64,000 nucleotides of DNA from Ruditapes philippinarum (taxonomy: Eukaryota): NCBI RefSeq assembly GCF_026571515.1, contig NW_026862806.1, forward strand, positions 62,001 to 126,000, given 5' to 3'. Made by a program: the position numbers and the translations under genes. How positions within the stretch are numbered: the first letter of the stretch is position 1; each line of letters opens with the position of its first letter. The notes under the pieces are model-generated. The model searched no databases. It saw only the letters and a list, made by a program, of their open reading frames with translations, and had not been told where the DNA came from. This document shows, piece by piece, positions 27,066 to 41,689 of this stretch.

Positions 27066-30000
27066 CAGCTTGAAATGCTATTTTAGAAACATTTGATCTT
27101 ATTGATGCAAGCAAAATGTTTTCCGTAATAAAAATTTCGTTATTGAAACATTTTGATCGACATACATTATATAACAAACAATTTTAGAATATTTTTGTCA
27201 TGTTTTGTGATGCAACGGATTTCATAGCGCATGAAAAAACAACATCAAAAAATCAATTTTTTAATTTTATTTATTTATTTTTGGAAATTCAAATGCTGCC
27301 ATTTAGAATATATAATAGTCATTTGTTTGTTTCAAATATAAAATTTATGTAACCTTATCTAAGTGAAATAGCGTCGCATTAGGAAACATTGTCTAGCGTC
27401 AGTAAGTATCGTACCCACAACACTTTGTTACGATTTAAATATCTTTACGACTTAGCGGTTACTTTGAGTTCAAGGTTATTGCTGCTAGAGGCATGACTGT
27501 ATAGCAATTTTATGTTTTTCTTTCGTTCAAAAACCTCATAATCAAGATAATTCAGATCGATTATTTTATCCAATAATAACGTTATTTTTGTTATTACACT
27601 TAAACCGAAATGAATCTCATTTTTCTTAAAGTATAAAAGTAATTAACTCTGAAATAGATCTTTTGAAGTACGAGGTAATGGAAACAGTAATGTGAGAAGA
27701 ATGTTGGCAAAGGGGATAATTATTCATCTTAAAATAGTTATAATATTAGTTATGATCGCAAACTGTTCTAAATTATGATTTTGACGACGGGAAATACAAA
27801 CAGTCAATATTATACATGTCACACAAATTTGTATTTAATTGTTAAAAGACATCTATCAAAATGCAATATGATATCAAAAATATCCTAGAATTTAGCAATC
27901 AAGTTCATGCATATTTTGACACATATAAACAAAAATCAAGAAGTTCCAAAGAAAACACATGGAAAATAGAAAAGTTTCTTTCCAGTTCCGTTCATAGGTA
28001 GACTTAATCGAACTGAGCTTGCAACATTTTTAATTTGGCGTTTTTCACGTTCTTAAGGGGTTCCGTTTTCTCTGTTTTCTTAATGTATTTGTGCTTTATT
28101 TTTAAAATGAAAATCAGACTAAAAAGATACATTTACATTAAATGAGCAGCATACAGTCTGTTTACATTGCCTTTAATTAAAGCATGATTGTCAAGTATTA
28201 TTTTACATTTTAAAAATTGCTTCATTTTTGTTTCAAGACAGCTAAAGATTTAATTATGGGTGCAAATTAGATAATTAGATACAACAACGGAACAATAAAA
28301 ACATACAAATCAGAGAGTATTGTCTTTTAGTGAATATATAAATGCTTATTTCTGTGTGTTTAACAAGGCTTTGCGTCATCTGACTACTCCCGCTAAGAAA
28401 ACAACATAAGTTGAAGAAGCTTATTGTTAAAGACTTTCCGTGACTGCAGACTATTTCCAGAGGCTGTTACGTAAACAGATAAACAGATAGATTAGAGTGT
28501 TACATATGTATATGATTTACAACATAAACCATTTTGGCGTAATGATATAACACGCTTTCATCTGAAAAAATAATGGTAATGCAATAAACAATGAACAGGT
28601 CCTATCTCAATCCGTTTTGAATAATGTAATATGCTATGTTGATTCCCTGCGATGTTTTTACTTGTGCATATTTCTGCATTTTAGGCATGTTCTTTAATGA
28701 ATAAAACCAATTAATTGGGAATGCCCCCTTTTCCGTTTATATCTCACTCTTTGAAAAGATCTATGTGAAACCGTTTCTACAAGAAGAATGATTACAATGC
28801 AATCGACTTCAAACAATGATCTAAAGGTTTAAACAACGAATGCTATTGCAATTATCATTAATATGACATTTTTGTATTATATATTTAATAATCTGCTTTT
28901 CTAGTGGACACTGGTATCAGTTTTAAAATGATGGTGTCATGTAGGACTGATCGAAAATTATACTTAGAAATACTTTGACAAAACTGGTTTTAAATCATAT
29001 TCATCTTGTTTTCATCCATTTAATTACAACATGTATATCGTCTGAACATGTTGTGATTAAAAAGAAGTAAAGACGTCATGCAACAATTTCATGATTGCTT
29101 TCATCTTAACGATTATTGCATTTACGCATTTATGGCCTATGTTTTTACCTTAATTAAAGTAACGTATGATTGATACAACATGGTTAGTTTTCCCAATAAT
29201 GTTTTGTTATTACGTCAGATGTTTAATTCAAAATTCCTTTTTTTATCTCTTATATGTATTTACCAGTAAACCAATAACAAAGCTTTGTATAAATCGTTTT
29301 TTAGGGTTAAACAATGTACTATGTCAGTTTTTTTCTATTTTAGTTGACATTCTTAATTTGTTTGAATTGTTAAATTGCAGGATACACTATTTTTATCCCA
29401 TAAAGGTTTATTAGCAGCATTTCGTTTTTATAATATTTGGGGAACGCCCATGGATTTTATGAACAAGTAGGATCCTGAATGTGAACTTTTCATTATTATT
29501 TTTATCATAATTTATATAATTATTATTCATAAATTATTACGTCTAATTTCGGGGAGAAGTTTTTTTAAACAATTTTAACCAATGTCACAAACGCTTATCA
29601 AACATTTTTGTTTCCCTTTCTACTTTAAAATCAGTAAGTAGCATCTACTTTTTATCATCTAGGGGACTTTTTCAATTAATATATCTTAAATTATTGCATC
29701 ATGTTAAGTAGTTCCGTGTCTCAACTCACAGCTGTTGCCATAATCAATAAATCTGAAGATGTTTTTCTGAGGTAACTTATACTTTGTTGTTATAAAACAA
29801 CATAAAATTCAGAAATAATATAACGATGCTACTACATGGACACATTGGATATTAATTAAGTTATACATTATTGTCTTCTTAGTGCTCTTTTGGTAATGTT
29901 AAGTCGAAATGTTCTTAAGTATATAGTATCATTTCTCTGTTCTTATTAGTTTATTGATTGCTTGATCAAATTGCTTGAGTGTATATGTTTCTATTTAATT

Positions 30001-30299
30001 ATGTACATGTACACGTATTTTTCTGTTCAGTTTCTTTCTTTGTCTGATAGTTAATTTCCTTTATCATCATCTAATCACCTGTTAGATTACTAATTTTGGG
30101 TATTTCTGTTTTGATAAAGCACGCAAAAATTAAATGCTACCATTCATATTTCCTTCATATCATTTTGTTTTTGACAATTTTGAATGAAGCTGTAGAATAA
30201 AGTCACCATCTCCAGAAATATTTCAAAAATACAAATTAAATTCGTTTGAACTTACATTTGCTTGTATGTCGAAACCAAATTTATAAAGATTTTTATTAA

Positions 30300-30850
30300 A
30301 TACCTTTACGTTATTAGTCCAATAAAAAGCACGTTCAATAACACGATGGCCTGCCGTAAAACAGTGCCAATATCCATATCTCTTTTTCGGCCCGGGCCGA
30401 AAAGTGATAAATGTATAGATATAAAGCCCGCATTTAAGTAATTTGACTGGCTAATAAAGCAGGGCCAAAAATATATAGATTTATTAGGTATGTGTAGACG
30501 CCGACAGGTTGCATAATGAAATAAAATATTCTCAGTTAATAAACATGCAAATCATGATTTAGTGTTTAGTGAATATTTTATAAATTTACAACGTGTAGAT
30601 TTCACGAAAAAACAAACAAACATTTACCGACAATGAACTGCACAGTCGTCTGCGTCTGGGAAACAGAAACGGGGATACAACAGGAAAAAAATCGAGAAAA
30701 TCGTCACGCAGCGAATAAATGCTAGAACTTCTTATTAATGAGTTATTTACTAAAATTGTCAATTGCCTTCGGCCTTGGGCCAATACCACTGCCCTCGGAC
30801 AAATAACAGGATCAATACCAAATCACTTATTTATTAACATATAATAATGT
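30300..30850. mobile_element. Foldback-type non-autonomous element fragment
   Basis: Perfect 20 bp palindrome TTTTCGGCCCGGGCCGAAAA at 30384-30403 with imperfect outer arms; GC-rich gccttcggcc/gccctcgg motifs near 30785-30800. Confidence 0.45.
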
Positions 30851-31569
30851 CCTATCAAATTTTAAACCTATCAGTCTGTAAAATAAATGAATAAATTGCT
30901 TTTGGTGACCCAATAGTTGTATTGTATTTAGAAATAATGCGAAACATCATCTTCATTTTGTAATGATTAAATACAAACAAGTCGTATTTAAATAACATCA
31001 TTATGGTTTCATATTTGTCAACATTTTTTTCTTTGAATATCAGTAAATAACAAACACCGTAACAAAGGATTTTGTTCAGAAAAATTTCCAGAAATACTAT
31101 ATTCCTAAAAAAGGCTATAGTTGGCTTACGATTGCATTGACTTTTGAAGTTTTTTTTATAAGTTCATAATTGATAATTTAAGTGGATGACAAAAATACAT
31201 ATATAATGGGTATATAATCGGTCATGCCCTGAATACAAATATGACGTCATTAATAAAGCATTTGACTGATTGATATAATGGAGCGTTAATAGGTTTCCTA
31301 GTGACGTCGGATAAACATAGTTTTATTATTCTATAAAACATCTCTGATCATAGAAGAACACTTGCCAACTTTAATCTTCATGTTTTTGTTGTTATTTCAG
31401 TGTCAATGTGTGTGAAATGACTTATATCTTATCAAATGGAAAAAAACAGGATATGATTTTAATGTGTTTGAAATCTAAAGCATTTTTTTTTTACATTTTG
31501 ATCAAGATATATACCTTAAATTATTGTCTTTCACATATATAGTATATTCATGAAGGACTAAAAAGGTGA

Positions 31570-32255
31570 TGAAATAAACAAGGGCAACATTGTTACAAAA
31601 AACGCCCGTCACAAAAGCTTTTGACATAAATGTGGACAATATATTATAAGCATTTGCCCTGAGCAATATCCAGACAAAAACGATAATTCTTATTATAAAG
31701 GTGCTAGAATTATGAACATAGCAACATATGAAAAGGGCGGTGATAAGAAACCGTTTGAAGTTGATAAATTAAGAAATTAAGATGTTTAACAAGACATAAA
31801 CATTTTTTTAATGAAAATACTATCTATTATATAGTAATAATTTTCATGCTAGAATTGTGAACATTGTCATGCATACTCTCCATACTGTCATCATCCATAT
31901 TTCAATCTTCATTAAGATATTTTAGTTCATTTTAGCTATTACAAATATTGTTATATTTATAAAAAGAAGTGCAAATACTCCAGACTGCCAACCACCCATA
32001 TTTCAAATTTCATAAAAAATATTTTAAGTACTTTTTCTATTATCAGGGGATCCGGTTTGTGTGTTATACTTGCCGCCATATTTGAAGTTGAAGTCTATTT
32101 GTTGCCAAAGCAACCAAACTTTTCAACAAATGAACAAAAAAGACGTGAACAATGTCCAGACTGCCATCTACCCATACTTCATGTTTCATAAAAGATATTT
32201 TAGTATTTTTTGCGTTGTCACGGGATCTGGTTAAATCGATAGGGGACAAATAACT
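31570..32255 (-). mobile_element. Decayed HINE-type element(s) with a 176 bp internal tandem unit
   Basis: ccagactgcca..cccata..tttcataaaa..gggatc.ggtt recurs at 31980 and 32156; tgctagaatt.tgaacat occurs twice; aacaag and aggggacaaataa are terminus-like motifs. Confidence 0.5.
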
Positions 32256-32799
32256 TTGAGGTCATGGTTAAGTATTATTTCATCAAGCATTGACTATGAT
32301 ATATATAGACTGATGCCTGTTAGATAAATGTCTTGAATGATATATATGTAAGACTTGCGTCACAAGTACATTTTATTTCTTTCATTACGAAGGCTTCTGG
32401 TGTTTGCACGCTATTTTGCGAGCCTTCTTCTCATAAAAGGATTGGTGTTTTCATTTCTTAGATAACAAATGCAATAGCTGACAAACAATGTTCTTGTGTT
32501 CATTGATTTAATTTCGAAATACGAAACACATTTGTTGATATTGGATGTGTATAGATATGGGAGCAAATACTGGAAATGACATGTTTTAAATGAAATGTAT
32601 TCTTTTATATATTAGAAAGTTTTTTTTTGTAAAGATGAACTGGCATTCTTTCTAAGATGTTTCGAATTTATATAAAATAGAGAGAAATAAGAATCCCCAA
32701 GGAAAGTCCAATACGACATAATTGAAAATGTTGCAGAATCGGTTTGATTGTCCTATGTATTTCTTTGAACATTTACACGTTTTGTGATGTCCTTTATTG

Positions 32800-33432
32800 T
32801 TGGAAAAATACGACAGAAGGGTGCCAATGAGACACGTAATATATGTCGACTATTTGCATTTCATCTATCAGGGTTATAGTATGGTGAATGTCGGGCGTTC
32901 GGGGAAAAACTTTTCGCAACAGTTTTCTCAGCAACTTCTTATCATAGCCTCTTGATATTTGGCATACAGCATTGACACATGCTCTGTCGCTCATCCGCTT
33001 CCTGTTTATCGACTTAGTTAAATTTTCATCATTAATGGTTAATGTTAGGATGTTTTCGTAACAGTTTTCTCAGTAACCACATAATCACAGCCTCTTGATA
33101 TTTGGCATACAGCAATGACACATAGTCCCATACCGTGGGATTCGATTTCAGGTATGTCGCCCGTTCACTTATCCCGTTTATCGACTTAGGTAAATTTTCG
33201 ACATTAATGGTCAATGGTAGGAAATTTTAGTTACAGTTATCTCAGTTCAGCAACTACTTATCACAGCCTCTTGATATTTGGCATAAACATTGACACGTGG
33301 TCACATACCGTGGGATTCAATTTAAGGTCTGTTGCTCATCCACTTCCTGTTAACCGACTAAGTTAAATTTTCGACATTAATCGTCATTGTTAAATTTTTT
33401 CGTAACATCATAGCATCGTGATATTTGGTACA
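32800..33432 (+). mobile_element. HINE-like element with ~3.3 tandem units of 143-176 bp
   Basis: agcctcttgatatttggcat at 32946, 33089 and 33265, degenerate at 33412; the units share cgacttagttaaattttc; termini are decayed. Confidence 0.7.
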
Positions 33433-34812
33433 CAAATGCAACCCGGAATTTTATGTCTTTACCCAGTTTTAATTACTTAACAGGGTGTCCCTTTTCCAAA
33501 ACATTAAAACAAGTTTTTCAGTCAGTAAATAATTAACTAAAGAGAGAGGGCGAGTAGATTAGAGGTATCGGTATCGAGGGATTTACTTATTGTGTATGTT
33601 TTGTACCGACGACAACTTTCACATTCCACCTGATTTCCTTTGATTTTACAATTATATGAAACGATGTATCTAAAAATAATATATTAAACCTTTAGAAAAG
33701 CTGAAGGCCGCTTTAAATAGAAATAATCTGCAAAACAGACACAGTGTTTGACGTAATAAGTCTGCAAAAGATGCTGCAGAGGTATATTTAAGGTTATATA
33801 GAGCACTTTAACATATCTGTGTACATCTGCATAATTGCAAAACAAATGATTTGACAAAATGACTAATATATCGCATGATACAAATGTTTTTCTTAAAACA
33901 GGTACTTAATATAAAAACTCATGTCATCATTATAATCATCGTCGGTTACCCACGGTATATATTCCTCTGACATACTACATTATCTAGATAATGTAGTAAT
34001 ATGTCCAGTACAGTTGATAACAATCTAAACAATTTATATAATTATCTGAATTATGGTAAAGAAATGATAACATTAAATTTGAAATGTTTCTATTATAGCG
34101 AAGTTCGGTTACATGTTTTGAATAGAATTCCGTCTATATAAATAATATCTTGTCTGTGGTACATTATGTAAGATATGAATGTTTCAGGTATTAATAACAT
34201 AATGTTGTAAGTTTCGTCCAGTGTGTTACTTTTCTTTTTCCTTTAATTTTGTTGCAAATTGATGCATAAATTATAACAAAATGCCTTCCTAAATCTTATA
34301 TTAAAATAGGTCTATAATGTTTAGTGTGTCGTAATAAGTTAAACCGACGTTCGTTTTTAACAAAATTGTTCAAATGATATCTTTATTATGAAATATACAC
34401 TTGCTAATTACTGCTACTGATACACTGAAACTAATTATGAAGCACAGCATTAAAGTATCGTAAAATATATTAGAAACTTCATGATTTTGTACCAGAAATC
34501 TGAAACTGATCCTGTTACGTAATTGTTAAAAAAAACATTTACAAACAACAATACGAAACGATTTAAACCAGAACAAACGATGATTTTCATCACAACCTTC
34601 CGCTATGTTAAGTGTTACAACTTTCAAGTCAATATTTCCAGCCAATATTTCAAATAAGAAAAAAAATGCCTTTGGTATCATTTCATTGGATTCATTTGCA
34701 TTTCACAGCAAGCAATATGTCTAGCTGCTAGTCAAATGGACGTTGTTATTGTCGTTGTTATATTAAAAATAACATCCTCTCAGAATCTGACTGATGAAAG
34801 TGTCTGATAATG

Positions 34813-34910
34813 GCAGTCTGGATGGTTGATCTATTTTGAACATATGTTACAGACAAAACAGTATCATTTAGTTTCTGGCGGAATCCGATAGCTGCAAAAG
34901 ATCGGAATTA
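34813..34910 (+). repeat. Dispersed repeat, copy 2 (see 26965-27065)
   Basis: Colinear similarity with 26965-27065. Confidence 0.7.
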
Positions 34911-36381
34911 AATGTTTCAGCACATTTTGTTGATTAATATTCTGCATTAATGTCGTAAGCCGCCTGTAAAATTATACATTTTTTTTCTTGAGAAACATAA
35001 CAGATACACCTTTCTTTAAATTTGATTGAACAAAATCTATTTTCCACGTTTCAAGGTTCATTTGGTTTAATACTCCGTTATAATTGATATGCCTTTGTAA
35101 AAAAAACGTTCTTGTAACAAAATACCAATTTATCTTTAAAATAACAGTAAAACAAATCCATGTATGAAAGTATGCCAAATACTGTCCTGGGATGATAATT
35201 TGGTCTTAACGGTACATGGGAAAGTCCAAAAACGGTGTTATCTGGATAACTATCCGATATCGTTAAAGTAAATATTCACATTTACTATATAGCATGATTC
35301 TTACAGTATCGTTTGTGTATTACCGTTATGGCCCTGCCGGTAGATGGAAGCTATTATAACTTTTAATGTGTTGTACTCGTATGTTCGAACCCCACGTAGT
35401 GCCATTTTATAACCACAATTTTTTCTCCTTGCTCTGTTTTTTTATCACTATTATTTATTTATTTTCGTTTTCCTTTTTATTTTCTTCTTATGATATATAT
35501 TTTATGGTATATGTTTATTATTTATTTCTATTCTATTTTCTTTTTGTATTTTATGACCGCAGTGTAATAAACCACAGGGGATTCTGTCATTTTTTTTCCT
35601 TTCCCACTATATATATAATATAACAAGGGATACAACTCAAAATTTGTCAATTCATAAAAAAGTACATAAAAGCCATTATACGACAATATTTTTCTCTTCT
35701 GATTGTTGGAGATTCATGAAAGAATCGATTATTATAAAAAAATGTCCCACTTGGATACACTGACAAGATAATATTAAAAGTTAAGCTCTCGTGTTTCATT
35801 TTTACACACGTTCGTAAAATTTCGGCATGTAAAATAACACATGTAAAAATATATTTTATGCAAAGTTATACTCATATGAGAGAGTTTAATCATGTTATCA
35901 CATAAATATCAATCACCCACCACCAGCAATGATGCAATAATAAACTTCTGCTACATATAAATCAAGGAATTCTTGTTTGTTTTGATATTTTTAAACTTTA
36001 GCTGCCATTTTGTAGTTGCCCGTATGTTCCAATGCGTAAATCCAACTTCTGTTAGTAACTGTCAATTTCATTGGCTAATGAATAATAATAATCCGGATAA
36101 TAACGGCATATAGCCGCGACGAATAGCGGTTTTTTCATCAGCCAATGAAAATACTCGGAACATAAACACACCTGCAAAATGGACGACAACTTGACAGCCA
36201 ATGTAAATATTGAAATGTTAGCTATTTGCTGCAATGTTACAGGTTTTAATGAAGTGTTTGTAGTAGAACTTGGGTTATGACTCGTTCATATATTAACTTC
36301 TACAATAACTTTGATGGAATATTTTATACAGTTTACACCTGTGAATGCATTTTACGAACCCGTGCTGGTAGTGCGTGGCCA

Positions 36382-36559
36382 NNNNNNNNNNNNNNNNNNN
36401 NNNNNNNNNNNNNNNNNNNNNNNNNNNNNNNNNNNNNNNNNNNNNNNNNNNNNNNNNNNNNNNNNNNNNNNNNNNNNNNNNNNNNNNNNNNNNNNNNNNN
36501 NNNNNNNNNNNNNNNNNNNNNNNNNNNNNNNNNNNNNNNNNNNNNNNNNNNNNNNNNNN
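36382..36559. other. Assembly gap (178 N)
   Basis: Run of N. Confidence 1.
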
Positions 36560-38449
36560 CAGATTTCCCTGTGTAATAAACTATTCGATCTCATATGCAT
36601 GTATGTATATGAAAAAACCGGTCAAACTTGTTTTCTGAACAATTGACTGTTCTGAAGTAAAAAAATGTGTCTTACCAGTAGTCGAACTTCTGCCTGTACG
36701 GATAAAACACATTACTGACATGGTTGCTCCACCTACTGCGCTAACAAGACATATGATACCATGTAGATTTATTTTCATTTTTATAGATTGTGGCATTGAT
36801 CTGCCTAACCTATTTTTCGCATTGTTATTGGTCTTTGTTATGTAAACAAAGGCTCAAGTTATCATCCTAGGACAGTACCCTCGGTTTTGTGTTTAGTTTC
36901 CTCATCAGCGTTACCAATATTAGATCTTACTATCCTTTCATAACCAAAATGATATGTGTAGAAATAAAGCAATGTTATCATCCATAAAATGTAACGCAAC
37001 TCGTAAAACAGGACCACCGAACAAAATAGAGAAGAGAGCACAAGAGAAAATCAAGAAGGTAAGAGAAGCCTCCTAATTAAGATATTTTCATATCAATACT
37101 TCAGTTTTATATTCAGGTCAACCATATTATCTCGACGGTAGCTTAAAACAGCTATTTTACTGAAATAGAAACAAATCTGAAATAGATTTTTAAAGTTCAT
37201 GATAAACGGATATTTTTTTACGATTCGGATATATTGCAAAGATTTTTTTTGATTAAGGGCTAAATATTTATTTTATTTTATGGAAACAAATGAAATCCAG
37301 ACGGCACACATTTATCAGATTATCTACCATGTAATTTCTAAACATTCAGATTGAAAATAATATCCGAGAATATGATAAACAAGATTAACAAGGAAAGGCG
37401 ACGTTCACTGAACGCAACCCCCACACGACCGGAGGCAAGAAGCCCAGGAGGACTTCCAAACAAAAACAGAACAGGGAACAAGGCAAAGTACAGACAGGCT
37501 TTCTTTTTATGTATCAGCGCAAAATGTCAGGTATCTGTCATGTATATTTTCTACACTAGTTACATTTAAAAAAGCAGAAAATATCAAACTTATTCAGCTT
37601 TTATCCTTTTTATCTGCTGTTTACTATTTAAGAGCTTTCAACAGCATTGAAAAACAAAACATTTCAATAATATCAATTATAACTACAAAAGGGCCATCAT
37701 GGCCGTGAATCGCTCACCAGAAACAACTGTTGTTCAGGGATTATAGAAATATCTTTCCAAATAAACTTGTACAAAGACAAGTCCACCTCAACTTAAACTT
37801 TCCTCTCTACTTATAAAGTTTCCGACACTAATAGTTTTTTCTTCTTTATAGTAAAAATGAAAGGAACCAAGCTTGGTGATCATCCATACATTAATTTGTG
37901 ATAAGATTTACCTATGGCTGTATTTCGAAATTGTGATCTTTCTTTTTTAAACTAATCTTTAAAATTCGATAATTATATAATCTTAGTATTTAGATTTACA
38001 TGTAAACTGTTTGTCAGAATGACACCACCTGTCAATAATTATTTAAGTTAACATAGGTATACCTGTCAACTCGACTAGAAGATACGTTTCAGGTCGAATT
38101 ATTTTATTCTCTAATAGAAATAGGTAACATTATAACGTTAATAACATAGAAGAAAAAAGCAAAAGGTAGTTTTGTTGAAATATATTCAGTGAACAAGAAA
38201 ATCTCTTTATAAAGCAACTTTACACACAGGCTGGAAAAGGGATATTGTATGAAAAAGTGCAAAATTACTTTGAACAAGTGATAACCAAGTTTGCCAAATG
38301 TGATTCTGAATAGAAATAATTGAAACTGATAATAAAAAAGTACAAAGAATAAAAATTACAAATTACAAAAAGGCAAGCAAGAAAAACTGCTAAAATTGAC
38401 ATGAGTTCACTTAAACTTATTATACTTTTATACTTTTAAATTTTTATAC

Positions 38450-38725
38450 TTCACAAAAGCAGGTGTCAAGTGCTGTGTGGCAGCTGTAAAAAGTTGTCCC
38501 GTACTTAACTTCAGTGTTGTTTAATTTTTCTGGTCTTTCGGGTTTATTGATGCCAGCACTATTAAGTGTTGAGAATTGAGTAACACTCAAGCCGGTGCTA
38601 GGGGCGTGAGGGATGTTGTACTGATTCATTATCCCTCATGTACAGACTCAATCAAACCGAATCTGCAATTCTTATGTTATTTTGTTGTGATTAATGCTTC
38701 CGAGGGATCACTTTGTTTCCAGACT
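38450..38725 (+). mobile_element. Dispersed ~260 bp repeat (SINE-like fragment)
   Basis: Reverse complement of 2961-3220; shares gtgtgg..gctgtaaaaagt..cccgtac and aatcaaaccga with 39211-39761. Confidence 0.75.
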
Positions 38726-39153
38726 TTTAAGTTTTGTTCCTTAATGTAAAATGCAAAGTTACAAAAGATTATAAAGTAAAATAGGATGAAAAATAATTTA
38801 AGCCATATCTACATGATTTATGAAATAATTCAAGTTTTTTACATTTAACTTACTAGTTTGAGTGTTTCTCTATTGAAAAATTGTTTGAATATTACTTAAT
38901 ATAAACGAATAAAAAATAATTGATAACTGAGATCAAGGAAAGTGGTAATGCAGCTAGTGAATACCAGAGGCTCACAGTTCCATCGATCAGGCTATTCGAT
39001 ATATTATTATTATTTTCTCATAGAATTCAACAGATACTGTAAATGAGTCTCATAGAAAAAAATCACCTATCTGTTATACAGTGACAATAGCCCATGCACA
39101 TAACACATCAGGTTCATGAGTGTGTCCTAATAATGATTGAAATGTGGAAAAGC

Positions 39154-39818
39154 CTGCAACATTTTCAATATTGCCGTATTTGGCTTTCTTTAGGGATTCT
39201 TATTTTCTCTGTTTTATCGCCACATCAGCGTTGTTTGTGCCGTGTGGAGGCTGTAAAAAGTCGCCCCGTACATTCAATCAGAGATGTTATATTTCCGATC
39301 CTTAAGGAGCATTATTGTTGTGCTTGTGGTATTTTTAGTTTTAACTTTTCGGAATTTTCTAGTTGGGTGGTTTCAATATTCCTACTTTAATATTGTTGAA
39401 TAGGATATTTTGCCTGCTTTTTAACTTGTCTTTTGACGTCTTACTTGTGATATGCAGGCTTCATAACCTCTGATCCCCTTTCAAAATTCCATTTTAATTA
39501 GTTCCGCCCATTGTTTTCTCGTTTAAGGCACACGCTGTTTATTTCTTGGGGACCAAACGCCGCTTTTCATGGAATGGCACGGAAGTGTCAATTGAAGGTT
39601 CCATGATAACCGCCGTATGAACACATCTGCGGATGTTTTTAGATTCAAAATTTAACCATTTCATGTTTTAATGTTGAATTCTGCTTAAGCCTGTTCTAGA
39701 GGGCGTGGACGGCAGTTTGCACTTTCCAGTACCGTCCATGGACAGGCCCAATCAAACCGAGCTGTAACATTTTCAATATTGCCGTGTTGGGCTTTCTTTA
39801 GGGATTCTTATTTTCTCT
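39154..39818 (+). mobile_element. 551 bp repeat-related insert flanked by 57 bp direct repeats
   Basis: 39154-39210 and 39762-39818 match at 54/57; the interior is related to the 38450-38725 family. Confidence 0.7.
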
Positions 39819-41689
39819 ATTTCATTCTCCAAGTTTGGATCCAATACCACAAAAATTGAAAATAAAATACAAAATAATGTTCAACATAATTCATTAGAAA
39901 ATGAGCATGTTAGTAAAGTTCAAGATACAAATGTTTAAAAAATTTTCCTTAGACCTTCTTTCATTTCCTGGGGAATATTCTCTACTTTGACCAACAAATG
40001 ATCCTGCAGAAATTTGATAAAAGACTACCTAAGAATGCTACAACAAAGTGTGGCGGTCATCCATTATTTAATTTAGTAGAAGAATATGTTTAAAGGTCTT
40101 TCTATTATTAGCTCTGTTGACCCCTAAAAGGGGCCATGACATGAGCAAATTTAAGTGTGTCACAAGCACGCTACAGACCAGATTTGAGGTGCATCTGCCC
40201 AGCAGTTTCAGAGAAGAAGATGATTGTTTATTCATGACCACGGACCATCCCCCTTTGATTCCAATAGCTCACCCTGAACATTCGGTTCTCAGGGTGAGCT
40301 AATAAAATATAAAAACAAATATCAAATGAGAGTAGCATTAAATGAACGCATCATATCCATTTTTCTCTTAATATAACAATTCACATCTCTTTTTACTCTG
40401 TCAAAGTTTCCATAAGAAAAATACCCGCAATACGCTTTGTATCAGCTAATAATTTAATATACGTCTGTTACAATTAACGTTATAACATTTATCTGTTTCA
40501 ATGCATTTGTAGACGTTATTTACAAAAACTTAACGTTCTGATATTATTTGAACTTTCTATAAAATATAGACTACTCTCAACTATTACGGGGATACATAAA
40601 TAAAAAAAATGAATAACAATTCGCCCATATCAAGGCAGTTACATATTTGCGATTACAATGTACTTTGTAAACGAAGCAAACACAGATTTCTTTCCAAATC
40701 AAAAAAATTATTAGCTTTTTCAACCATTAGAGAATAACAGTTCTTGTTTCAATTCCCAAATTGTGTAGAAAAGTAATTTTGTATGACAATCGTAAAACCT
40801 CAATAAAAATACAAGATTTAACCAAACGCAGAAACGTTAAATGTTCTTTTGCTGGTTATTATTGTGACTGTTTCTTTGTGAACTTAATGCGATAACAAAA
40901 AATCAATTGTGAGAAAAATCGAAATCGTAGCTGCATGTGAATATATATTTCCATACTTACTCACAGCATGACAACTCAATAATTAAATAAAGTCGGAGTA
41001 TAGACAAAATAACAACAATAAAACATCTATCACAAATGCCAAGTTTTAGCATTGTAGGTCAGATTACAAAATGTGTTCAATATCTGTTAAAATATGTATC
41101 GATCATCTGTCAATGCATTGTAAGAATCCATTTGCTATAAAAAATAAAATTAAAATTATGAATCACGAGTAAATGATCAATATAACTGCTGTAAAAAAAC
41201 CAGGAGTTTCAAATGAAACAATTTCATAAACTTACGTCTAAATACCATGTTTTTATAAACACACAAATTAAATGATAATGATGCTTAATGAGTATTATGT
41301 AAAAGAATGCATCATCAATTAGGCTGTGCAATTCTGCGAAATTTTACGAAAGGTGTGATTAAATGTGTTTCGAGTTCAAATATAAACGCTCACAATTTAG
41401 ATTGCTGCACGAAACAATATGTTTTATCATTGTTCTCAATTTTACAATTTTGGCAATTAAGGATTCGTTTCGTTTTTTTTTCTATTTTAATATAAATCAA
41501 TTACATCATTTCCGGTCGAAAGATTTATTTATTTTTTTACTTTCTGCTTTCACAACTGTAAAGATAATAGAACTAAGTTCAGTTAATATACAAGAAATTC
41601 CAGATATTACATGGCTTTGAAGATATTTCTAGAATACAAAATTGCCAGGCATTTATTTATCAATGTTAAATACTGGCTTGTCTTTAGCT

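Larger units (their letters stand above)
37686..40305 (-). mobile_element. Helentron/HINE-type termini: 5' end near 40305, 3' end near 37686, possibly one 2.6 kb element with nested insertions
   Basis: 13 bp perfect stem tagctcaccctga/tcagggtgagcta (40265-40301); matching subTIR cgctcacc (37711-37718) next to hairpin ggccat-c-atggcc (37692-37704); gaagaa-type decayed internal repeats at 39900-40260. Confidence 0.55.

Noticed and set aside
36277-36646. ORFs spanning N runs (also 41607-41909)
   Set aside because: Artefacts of assembly gaps
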